Shown: in pieces, positions 47,959-55,655 of the stretch
Layout of the letters: every line of letters begins with the position of its first letter
How positions within the stretch are numbered: position 1 is the stretch's first letter
From: Candidatus Sulfomarinibacteraceae bacterium
GTDB taxonomy: Bacteria > Acidobacteriota > Thermoanaerobaculia > Thermoanaerobaculales > Sulfomarinibacteraceae
Reading direction: 5' to 3'
Length of the DNA: 64,000 nt
Assembly (NCBI GenBank): GCA_963714885.1
Contig: CAVQQV010000034.1
Span: 8,702-72,701, forward strand
Notes under the pieces: generated by a model
The model's input: only the letters and a program-made list of their open reading frames with translations
The model's database searches: none
What the model was told of the DNA's origin: nothing
Position numbers and translations under genes: made by a program

Positions 47959-48876
47959 CTCGACAGGTCCGCGGGAGGATGCATGGCCTCGAGGCCAAGC
48001 GCCGACACGATGTCCCGATAGGTCACGAACTCGATCCCCGAATCGGCTACGGCCTGCCGAAACGCCTGTGAGGTGATGGCGTCGAGCTCCGCCTGGCGGT
48101 GGATCGCTACCCGGTAAGGATCCTCTTCGTTGTTCAAATCGACCATTGCGGACATTTCCGGTGTGTTCATGCCAAGGTGGATCACCAGCAGACTGAGACC
48201 GGGTTGAATGCTTCGTACGTGCGTGAGGAGGCTGGACAACTTGTCCTCCGGGGCGTCTGCCCAGATCGAAACCGAGGCCTCGCCGAAGTAGCGGGACAAG
48301 GCCGAGGCCGTACTCGGCCGCCAGTTCCTCGACAATGGCCCGAAGACCAGGGGTCGAGACGGCCGTCAACATGTGGTAGTCGAGATAGTCGACCCGAAGT
48401 CCCGCCGCGAATGCGCGGTCGATCTGCGCGCGAAGCTCCAACCTGACCTCGTCGAGATTGACGTCGGCCGCTTTGAAGTCGACCTCCGACGCGTGAAAGT
48501 GGCCGTTCCCATCTACCAGGGACGGCACCGCGGACGCGCCGGCGACGGGTCCCCACTTGTAGTGCTGCCACTCGGAGTTGAGGGTCAGGTGGATCCCGAC
48601 TCCGACCTGCGGGTTGGCCTTGAGAATCTCGACAGCCTCAAGGTACCAGGGGCACGCGATCATTACCGACGTCGAAAACGGGATGCCGGTTGCGAGGAGC
48701 TCCCGAACCGCCAGGTTGACGGTGTGGGACATCCCCACATCATCGCAACGGACAAGGACGTGTTTGGAAGACGGTCGTTCGCCCGCAGCCAAGAAGGGGG
48801 GCGACCAAACGAGGAAGCCGACCAACCCGATGATCGAAACGACAGCCCACGACGCCTTATTGATGTTTGCGACCAT
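47928..48876 (-). pseudogene. YdjC/ChbG-family carbohydrate (chitooligosaccharide-type) deacetylase, one frame change
   Basis: ATG 48876 follows GGGGAGG. N-terminal anchor. VLVRCDDVGMSHTVNLAVRELL..GIHLTLNSEW..LDYHM are YdjC motifs. After ..ELAAEYGLGL the reading moves (~48297) to SRYFGEASVSIWADAPEDKL..LLVIHLGMNTPEM..FVTYRDIV...FAEDD*. It overlaps the GH105 3' end by 31 nt, convergently. Confidence 0.7.
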
Positions 48877-49110
48877 GAGTCCGTACCTCCCCTTGAATCT
48901 CGGCCAATCGTAACGTTCCCGAAACCAGGTGTCGATCTTGGTGCAGGCGGTTCATGGCGGCATGGACAGCAGCTCACACGGTTCGCCGCTCTCGTCGTGT
49001 GGATGGCGGACGGCAGCATGAAACATCAGACGGTCGCAGAGAAACTTTGAGCGCGACCGCTTTCGCCGAACCCGCGTGCAGGTGAACTGAACCCCGGGCG
49101 GGCGGTCGTT

Positions 49111-50568
49111 TCAGGCGGACGGCGGCCCGTCCTCGAGCCACCGACGGAGGAATTCGTTGCCGACGGTGTAGTGACCGGACGGGTCTCTTCGAACGAGGCC
49201 GAGATTTTGGAGATTCGCCAGACTCGTACGGGCCTCGGTCGGTGGATCCGGCGGGGCGCCGCCAGCCGATTTCAGCTCGGATGCGGGATTGGTGGCGAGT
49301 TGGATCAGAATGGCGCGCTCGGCCTCGTTGATGAGATTGAAATCGACCGAGAAAAAGAACGACACCGCGCGGTCGTTGTGGACCTCTTCGATCGCATCGT
49401 CAAGAGTGCCGTGATCGAGTGCGTGGCGACACAACATCTGGATCAGGTAGGGGTGGTCTCCGCAGAGGTCTCGGATGCGTTCGATGTGCCGATCGGCGAA
49501 ATCCGGCCGTGAAGCCTCCGGGAGCTGCGTCTGAAGAATCAGAGCGCGGGCGTCGTCGACATCGAGGGGACCAATCGCAAGCGGTGGTGTGAATCCGTCA
49601 AGAAACGGGGAGGTGTCCTCGCCGGCATCGGCAAGCTTCCACAATCGGCTGCTCGAGGCCAATACCGAGCGGATGCCCTCCCGCGACTGCAGCGCCCGAC
49701 GCAGCTTTCTCAGCAGCGAGGGGTCCTGGCGGTTGAGGTTGATCAACTCCTCCACTTCATCGCACAGGAGCAACAGGCGCAGGTTTTTCGCAAGTAGCGC
49801 TCGTCGCATCCTGGCCAGTGAGTCGAAGCAGTCCTCCGACTGAATTTCTGCCAACGGGATGCCCGCCCCCTCGAGGTGCTCTTCAGCGTCGAGCAGTGCA
49901 TCTGCAAAATCGAGGTGGAACTCTTCGGGCCGGTCCGCTCCCTGGAGGTCCCAGAAGACGGGAACAAACCCGAGATCCGGTGAGGTCGCCGCGATCAGTT
50001 CCAGCTGCTTGAGCAGCGAGGTCTTGCCGATCCTGCGGGTTCCGAGCAACCACAACCAGTTTCGATTCCCCACGAGCACTTCGTGGATCGCGGCCTTTCT
50101 TCCATAGAACCTCTCACCGCGAACCCACTGTCCGATCACGTACGGCAGCGGGACCTCGCCGGTGCGATGGGCGGACTCGGACTGTCGTGAGAGGACCGGC
50201 CCTCCACCGCGGTGGTTCTCGTACTCGACGTCGGCGATCAACCGATAGCCCCGCTTCGAAATCGTCTCGATATAGCGAGGGCTCTTGACGTCGTCGCCAA
50301 AGGCGCGCCGCAGCCCGGCAATGGATCGTGTGATCACCGACTCGGTGATAAAGACGTCGGACCACACCGCATCGGTGATTTCGTTTTTGGAGACGACCCG
50401 CCCGGCGTTCGACGCCAGAAACACCAGAACATCCATCAGCTTGGGTTCGAGTTGGATCACCTGAGCCTCTTGCGAAAGCCGGTTGAGGCTCGGTTGGACG
50501 AGCCAGTCGGAAATTCTGAATTCAGCGGCGGCGGGCGGCTCGGAATTTTTATAGCGGTCCATTTCCAC
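49111..50568 (-). CDS. OmpR/CadC-type winged-helix DNA-binding domain fused to a STAND-like P-loop NTPase (module 1, output = DNA binding)
   Basis: N-terminal Trans_reg_C pattern: IQLEPKLMDVLVFLASNAGRVVSKNEITDAVWSDVFITESVITRSIAGLRRAF..IETISKRGYRLIA. Then GQWVRGERFYGRKAAIHEVL, Walker A LLGTRRIGKTSLLKQLE, Walker B LLLLCDEVEEL, and a C-terminal winged-helix-like LQNLGLVRRDPSGHYTVGNEFLRRWLED. The core is paralogous to that of 57012..58928. Confidence 0.8.
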   Translation of the reverse strand: MEMDRYKNSEPPAAAEFRISDWLVQPSLNRLSQEAQVIQLEPKLMDVLVFLASNAGRVVSKNEITDAVWSDVFITESVITRSIAGLRRAFGDDVKSPRYIETISKRGYRLIADVEYENHRGGGPVLSRQSESAHRTGEVPLPYVIGQWVRGERFYGRKAAIHEVLVGNRNWLWLLGTRRIGKTSLLKQLELIAATSPDLGFVPVFWDLQGADRPEEFHLDFADALLDAEEHLEGAGIPLAEIQSEDCFDSLARMRRALLAKNLRLLLLCDEVEELINLNRQDPSLLRKLRRALQSREGIRSVLASSSRLWKLADAGEDTSPFLDGFTPPLAIGPLDVDDARALILQTQLPEASRPDFADRHIERIRDLCGDHPYLIQMLCRHALDHGTLDDAIEEVHNDRAVSFFFSVDFNLINEAERAILIQLATNPASELKSAGGAPPDPPTEARTSLANLQNLGLVRRDPSGHYTVGNEFLRRWLEDGPPSA

Positions 50569-50573
50569 GCATT

Positions 50574-51284
50574 CTATCCCGGACTCGCGTCGGAGAGAGG
50601 GTCGACGCCGACGGGCGCTATCCGAATTTCCTCGAAGAAGTTGTACCAGGGGCTGCCCTCCTCGACCCAGTGTTTGTCGATTTCGACCGCCGTCGCCACC
50701 ATGACCAATGCACCATCGAGACTCATCATGAAGAGACTCCTCACCCTCTGGGTGGTCCGTGGCGTGTAGTGGTTGAGTTCGTCAATCCCGTCGACCAGCA
50801 ACACCAGCCGGGGGCGTCCACCTTCGCGTTTCTTGAGCGCGCGGATGATCCTGCGCAGATCGTGCGCGAGATCGCGGTGGCCGTAGCCGGTGTGAGTACC
50901 CTCGGGACCCGCCAAGTGTTCGGGCCGGAGCTGATCGAAAACGGCCCCACTCACTGTCGAAAACAGCACGTTTTCTGGAATGCTGCGCAGGTTGACGTAG
51001 ACGGGGAAAAAGGTGCTGGTGCCTCTGCCTGCCGACAGACGGTCTTTGAGATCGAGAAGGATAGCTGTTTTTCCGCTCCCGGGCGGTCCACAGAGCAGAA
51101 TGCTGTTGTTGTGGATCGTGCTCAAGATGCGCTGGGTCAAACGCTCGGACCAATGATCGACCCGCGCCGGTCCAGAAGGTGTCATCTCCTCTCGACCGTG
51201 TCCGCCGAAACGGCGCACAAAGCGGGCGATGGCAAACGCGGAAGTGCGAACGATGTTCATTGGTCGGTTCTTTCGTCTGCCCAC
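50574..51284 (-). CDS. Stand-alone P-loop ATPase of the 'SPWYNFFEE' type (module 1 partner)
   Basis: RILSTIHNNSILLCGPPGSGKTAILLDL (Walker A), LVLLVDGIDEL (Walker B), and the C-terminal EGSPWYNFFEEI. It is a paralogue of the cytoplasmic domain of 58912..61311 but lacks the signal, TPR and TM parts and ~65 C-terminal aa. The start is GTG 51284 or ATG 51260. Its stop lies 5 nt before the next start. Confidence 0.7.
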   Translation of the reverse strand: MGRRKNRPMNIVRTSAFAIARFVRRFGGHGREEMTPSGPARVDHWSERLTQRILSTIHNNSILLCGPPGSGKTAILLDLKDRLSAGRGTSTFFPVYVNLRSIPENVLFSTVSGAVFDQLRPEHLAGPEGTHTGYGHRDLAHDLRRIIRALKKREGGRPRLVLLVDGIDELNHYTPRTTQRVRSLFMMSLDGALVMVATAVEIDKHWVEEGSPWYNFFEEIRIAPVGVDPLSDASPG

Positions 51285-51353
51285 AGACAGGACGACTTCA
51301 GGGTCGAATCCTCCTCTCCCTCTCTAAACTAGGCAGAGGGGGATCGAGAGTCT

Positions 51354-51399
51354 TGAGGGTGTGATGAGGCTCCGATGAGGATTTTCCTCGTGCTAGGAT
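51354..51399 (+). promoter_or_regulatory. Three TGAGG direct repeats at 11-bp phasing plus a conserved -10-like block upstream of FadL-like gene 1
   Basis: TGAGG occurs at 51354, 51365 and 51376, exactly 11 nt apart. TAGGAT (51394-51399) starts 18 nt after the last repeat start. ATG follows at 51412. The block TGAGGaTTTtCCtCGTGcTAgGATC is 20/25 identical to the block at 55625-55649. Confidence 0.55.
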
Positions 51400-51411
51400 C
51401 TTTGGGACTCC

Positions 51412-52794
51412 ATGGTGGGCCCGGGCGCTGTTGACACAACCATGCAAGCTCGACTTCGACTCATGCTGCTCGCTTTGGTGGCCATCGCGCCGGCGATGAC
51501 TTCCGCCCAGGAGACCCCTGCCACCTTCGAGTTCAGCTTCTCAAACCCCGGAGCGCGCAGCCTGGGTCTCGGCGGCGCGTTTGCAGCCTTTGCCGACGAC
51601 GCGACCGCCGCCTTTTCCAACCCCGCCGGTCTGGTCCAGCTCGTCCGGCCGGAGGTGTCAGCAGAGCTTCGTCATTGGCGATACACGACGCCATACATCG
51701 AGGGAGGGCGATATGAGGGCGAGCCGACGGGGATCGGTCTCGATACCACCAGCGGTCTTCGAGCTTCGGAATCCGAAGAACAGCTGACAGGGCTGTCCTT
51801 CCTGTCGTTTGTGTATCCAAAAGGGAAGTTCTCCCTCGCGGTCTACCAGCATCAGTCGGCGAAATTCAAGGCCGAGACCGAAACCCAGGGTTTGTTTCAC
51901 ACCGGCGGCACCGGCACCGGGGTCTTTCGAACCCATGACCGTCGGTGGTCGACCGATCTCGATATCGTCAGCTATGGCCTGGCGGGCGCCTACAGGGTCA
52001 GCGATCACCTGAGTGTCGGTCTGGGTCTGGTGTACTTCGAGGGACGGCTGGACGCCCCGTTCGAGTGGACCTTTTTCGACGACTCAACGCTCGATGGCTT
52101 TTATGGACCGAACTCCTACCTGCCGGAGCGACGGCTGGTCACTGGAGACATGGCGATCGATGATTCCGACTGGGGGTTGAATGCGGGTCTTCTGTGGACC
52201 TTCGCCGAACGTTGGAGCCTCGGCGCCTTTTACCGCCAGGGGCCTGAGTTCGGTGTGGTGTACGGTGTTGTTGCCGGACCCATAGCCCCCCTGTTCGAGC
52301 CGGCGCTCACGGAAGGTGCGACAGTGCTGACGATCTCGACACCGATGCAGTTCCCGGACGTGTACGGTCTCGGTCTGGCCTACAGATCGAGCGACGGCAA
52401 GCTCGCGGTTGGCTTCGAGTGGGATCGCGTCGAGTACTCATCGATCTTCGGCAGCTTCGATCCGGTGGTCATCGAAAGTATCGATGACGACCTCGATCTC
52501 GGCATCGAGTTGGTGGCTGAAGACGGCGACGAGTTCCATCTCGGTGCGGAATACGCGTTTCTCGATCTCAAACCCGTGATCGCGGTCCGTGCGGGTGTCT
52601 GGCTCGATCCCGATCACCGTTTCCACAGCATCAGTACCGACCCGGAGCACCAGGCCCTGTTCCAGGCCGGGCAGGACGAGGTTCATCTGGCCCTGGGAAT
52701 CGGGCTCGCCTTTTCGTCGTTTCAGATTGACCTGGCAGCCGACTTTTCGGACCTCGTTGACACCTTCTCGTTGTCGGCGATCTACAGCTTTTGA
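51412..52794 (+). CDS. FadL/TodX-family-like outer-membrane beta-barrel (paralogue 1)
   Basis: Signal peptide LMLLALVAIAPAMTSAQ. N-terminal family motif FSFSNPGARSLGLGGAFAAFADDATAAFSNPAGL. Alternating beta-strand pattern. C-terminal beta-signal SLSAIYSF. Confidence 0.75.
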   Translation: MVGPGAVDTTMQARLRLMLLALVAIAPAMTSAQETPATFEFSFSNPGARSLGLGGAFAAFADDATAAFSNPAGLVQLVRPEVSAELRHWRYTTPYIEGGRYEGEPTGIGLDTTSGLRASESEEQLTGLSFLSFVYPKGKFSLAVYQHQSAKFKAETETQGLFHTGGTGTGVFRTHDRRWSTDLDIVSYGLAGAYRVSDHLSVGLGLVYFEGRLDAPFEWTFFDDSTLDGFYGPNSYLPERRLVTGDMAIDDSDWGLNAGLLWTFAERWSLGAFYRQGPEFGVVYGVVAGPIAPLFEPALTEGATVLTISTPMQFPDVYGLGLAYRSSDGKLAVGFEWDRVEYSSIFGSFDPVVIESIDDDLDLGIELVAEDGDEFHLGAEYAFLDLKPVIAVRAGVWLDPDHRFHSISTDPEHQALFQAGQDEVHLALGIGLAFSSFQIDLAADFSDLVDTFSLSAIYSF

Positions 52795-52799
52795 CCACA

Positions 52800-52931
52800 T
52801 CACATGGCAGCGACGAATATGAGGACCACCAACAAGATCAAAGCGGTGAGGACGGTGACCGGCACGTCGGCCGGTCTCGGTTCGCCGCTGGTACCGTACG
52901 GTGGTGTGTAGCCGCGACGTTGCGGTTCCAT
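52800..52931 (-). CDS. Untracked 43-aa tail-anchored membrane peptide downstream of the beta-lactamase-fold gene
   Basis: My manual translation gives GAGGAGGAAAACC-ATG, with ATG at 52931-52929. The peptide is MEPQRRGYTPPYGTSGEPRPADVPVTVLTALILLVVLIFVAAM, with TGA at 52802-52800. It is too short for the 60-aa track. It lies 42 nt after the upstream stop on the same strand. Confidence 0.5.
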   Translation of the reverse strand: MEPQRRGYTPPYGTSGEPRPADVPVTVLTALILLVVLIFVAAM

Positions 52932-52973
52932 GGTTTTCCTCCTCTTGGCATCGATTGAGATGGTCACTGGGTC

Positions 52974-55541
52974 CTACCGTTTCATGGAGATGGCTGTGCC
53001 GTCGTTGGTGCGGTTGTCGATGACCGACGCGTAGGCGATCAGCCCCTGCCCGGACTGGACGTGGACCGTTGCATAGCCGGCGTCGATGTCGGTACGGCCC
53101 GCGATGCGGGCGAACGGTTCCTGCAGCTGCAGCCACCCACCGGGCCCCAGGGTCCTCGATCGTGACGCCAGCTCGACTCCGGAGCTGTCGAAGAACGTCA
53201 CCCGCATACGCGCCTCGGTCTCGCCGGTGTTGACGAGACCGACATTGGTTCGGAAGAGGTCGTTTTGCAGCAGGTGCGGCAGCCAGACCGTGCCTCCCTC
53301 CCGGCAACTGTCCGCTCCTGAAATGCCGTCGAGAAACAAACCATAGGTGCCGAAGTCGCTCGCGTTGTAGGTTCGAGACGCGACCATGACCGGGCTCGAA
53401 GACTGAATCTCCACCGAACCGGAACCCTCCGCGCCGACCGAGGCCACGACGTCGCCGATCGTCCGTTGCTCGCCATCGTCAAGGGTCACGACAACGTTGC
53501 TGGAGGTCCCATTGTCGCCACGAAAACGAACGTCAACGGTCGCGGTTTCGCCGGAGCGATTGAGGAGACTGAGGTCTGTGCGCCACTGGCTCTCATGGGC
53601 ACCCTCGCCGTGGACGGCGGCCGCGATCCACTGCAGATGATGCCCCTGGCCGGTTTTCATCGGAATCGAGGTGGGGTCCCCGGTCACATTGTCGATGACC
53701 GATGCAGAGGCGTAGACATCCTGCCCCGAGACCACCGTGATCACGGCATAACCGGAGGCGACGTCGTCGCGGTGGCCGAGCTTGAAAAACGGTCGGTTGA
53801 GCTGCACCGTCTGCTGGGGCGCGATCTCCCTGGTATGGCCGGTGATCAGCGAGCCGTCGCCGTCAAACAGAGCGATCTCGACGACCGCCGACCGCCGCCA
53901 CTGATTGTGAATGCCGATGTTGGTGCGAGCTGCGTCGTCCTCCTGCAGCTGCATCAGCACCGCCGATTCGCCGGACTCGAGGCCACCGGTGGCGGTCACA
54001 CCGTCGAGGGACTGGCCGAATGTTCCATCGATGGACTGGTTGTAGGTTCTCGAGGTCACGGTGAGGCCCTCCGATGAGAAGACCTGGAGAGGGCCGGAAC
54101 CGCTCCGGCCAAACCACTCGACCGCGTCCGAAATCACGCGCGATTCTCCGGGCGCCAGCTCGACCTCGCGATCGACCGGTTGATTGCCACGGTGAAGCCT
54201 CAGACGGACGACGTTTGTCCTTGACGACCGGTTGAGCAGACCGACGTCGGAGCGCCAGGTGCTGTCCCCGACGCCGTCGGCATGAGCGACGGCAGGAATC
54301 CACGATTCGGCCGTCGCCGAGCCCACGGGCTCGGTGGAGATGCAGACCGTTTCCCAGAGATCATGGTCGGGCCACGATGTGATTTCGGGGAAGTCGATGG
54401 TCGGAGCGATGGGGTCTTTGTTGGTGAATATGACGAAGACGATGCCGTCCGAGCGCCACACGGCGAGAGTGTGGACGCCGCCGCCTCCCCCTCCGTGGCC
54501 GAAGACCTGGTGTTGATCGTTCGGATTCGTGAGCCAGCCGACGGTGTGGCCGGAATTGGTGAAAAAGTCCTCATTGACCCAGCCGCGTCCGTATCCCACT
54601 TCTTCTCCTGCGGCGAATGGAATAGACAGCATCTGATCGACCGTCCCGTTGTCGAGCAGACCGCTGGCCTCAGGGTCGTCGAAGAGCGCGGAATAGACCC
54701 GCGCCAGGTCGGGGGCGGACATCACCATGAGGCCGGCCGCGAAGGCGTTCTCGGTGATCACCGCGTAGGGATCACCTTCGAGACCGTCGTAGGTCGTCTC
54801 GGTGGGGGCCAGATCGGAGGGGAGAGTGTGGGGGAGGCGGGCACGAGACACGCCGACGGGCCGGAAGATGTTCTCGAAGACAAATTCCGGAAAGTCCTGA
54901 CCGGTGACCTGCTCGACCAGCATGCCGAGCATGATGTAGCCGTAGTTGTTGTAGTCCCACGCCGTCCCGGAATCAAAGAGGAACGGATTGGCAACGATGT
55001 AGGATGCGATTTCCTTCCTCGTGGTTGGCTGCCCGACGCCGTGGGCGGCGGCGACCACACCGTCCACCTCATAGATGTTGTCTTCCGAGTACATGCCGCT
55101 CGTGTGGGTCAACATATGGTCCACGGTCACCGAGTCGAGGCGCGGGTCCACCCGCCAGTCCCACAGTGGATCCACTTCGAGTCCGGACATGACCTCCGTG
55201 TCGTAGGAGAGTGTTCCGTCTTCGATGAGCTGATGGACAGCGATCGAGGTGATCGATTTGCTGATGCTGGCGATGCGAAACAGGGTGGTGGGTTGGATGG
55301 GCTCAACGGAGGGGTCGTCCCAGGTGAATCCCCTTGCGTAGACGAGACGGCCGTCTTTTGCGATCGCCACCGAGCTGCCGCGGATAGAGTGGGTCTGCAT
55401 GATGTCCTGCATCATCAGGTCCACCGCGGACAGTTCGGGGATCGCCTGTCCGGTGACACTCCACTGACGCTGGGCGGCCGCGGCGGCAGCCACCATCAAC
55501 AGGGCTATGAGAACGGTGACGGTCTTTTTCGTGGTTTGCAT
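52974..55541 (-). CDS. Secreted beta-lactamase-fold (class C / family VIII esterase-like) serine hydrolase fused to four copies of an unassigned ~105-aa beta-sandwich-like repeat
   Basis: ATG 55541 follows GAGGGGG. Signal peptide VLIALLMVAAAAAAQ. S-x-x-K motif (FRIASISKSITS), Y-x-N motif (WDYNNYGY) and a third box (VFGHGGGGGG). The C-terminal ~440 aa are repeats (see the repeat feature). Confidence 0.75.
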   Translation of the reverse strand: MQTTKKTVTVLIALLMVAAAAAAQRQWSVTGQAIPELSAVDLMMQDIMQTHSIRGSSVAIAKDGRLVYARGFTWDDPSVEPIQPTTLFRIASISKSITSIAVHQLIEDGTLSYDTEVMSGLEVDPLWDWRVDPRLDSVTVDHMLTHTSGMYSEDNIYEVDGVVAAAHGVGQPTTRKEIASYIVANPFLFDSGTAWDYNNYGYIMLGMLVEQVTGQDFPEFVFENIFRPVGVSRARLPHTLPSDLAPTETTYDGLEGDPYAVITENAFAAGLMVMSAPDLARVYSALFDDPEASGLLDNGTVDQMLSIPFAAGEEVGYGRGWVNEDFFTNSGHTVGWLTNPNDQHQVFGHGGGGGGVHTLAVWRSDGIVFVIFTNKDPIAPTIDFPEITSWPDHDLWETVCISTEPVGSATAESWIPAVAHADGVGDSTWRSDVGLLNRSSRTNVVRLRLHRGNQPVDREVELAPGESRVISDAVEWFGRSGSGPLQVFSSEGLTVTSRTYNQSIDGTFGQSLDGVTATGGLESGESAVLMQLQEDDAARTNIGIHNQWRRSAVVEIALFDGDGSLITGHTREIAPQQTVQLNRPFFKLGHRDDVASGYAVITVVSGQDVYASASVIDNVTGDPTSIPMKTGQGHHLQWIAAAVHGEGAHESQWRTDLSLLNRSGETATVDVRFRGDNGTSSNVVVTLDDGEQRTIGDVVASVGAEGSGSVEIQSSSPVMVASRTYNASDFGTYGLFLDGISGADSCREGGTVWLPHLLQNDLFRTNVGLVNTGETEARMRVTFFDSSGVELASRSRTLGPGGWLQLQEPFARIAGRTDIDAGYATVHVQSGQGLIAYASVIDNRTNDGTAISMKR
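52977..54302 (-). repeat. Intragenic tandem duplication: 2 x ~216 aa, each made of two related ~105-aa units
   Basis: Unit 1 (54302-53655) and unit 2 (53630-52977) align as follows. WIPAVAHADGVGDSTWRSDVGLLNRS..VTSRTYNQS.DGTFGQSLDGV...DDAARTNIGIHNQ...ASGYAVITVVSGQDVYASASVIDNVTGDPTSIPMK versus WIAAAVHGEGAHESQWRTDLSLLNRS..VASRTYNASDFGTYGLFLDGI...NDLFRTNVGLVNT...DAGYATVHVQSGQGLIAYASVIDNRTNDGTAISMK. Confidence 0.65.
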
Positions 55542-55591
55542 GGCGAACCCCCTCGTCTCCATCAATGTGGGGTTTCGACAGCGCCAGCGCT

Positions 55592-55648
55592 TGAGGGAAT
55601 ACTGAGGTCGCCGTGAGGGTCTTTTGAGGCTTTCCCCCGTGTTACGAT
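55592..55648 (+). promoter_or_regulatory. Four TGAGG direct repeats at 11-bp phasing plus a conserved -10-like block upstream of FadL-like gene 2
   Basis: TGAGG occurs at 55592, 55603, 55614 and 55625, exactly 11 nt apart. TACGAT (55643-55648) starts 18 nt after the last repeat start. ATG follows at 55656, only 7 nt after the hexamer. The same intergenic region serves the divergent beta-lactamase-fold gene. Confidence 0.55.
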
Positions 55649-55655
55649 CCACACC

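Noticed and set aside
51354-55629. TGAGG repeat arrays as a possible CRISPR-like or mobile-element repeat
   Set aside because: There are only 3-4 copies of a 5-nt core at 11-bp spacing inside promoter regions. There are no spacers and no cas or transposase genes. The arrays were interpreted as operator sites instead.
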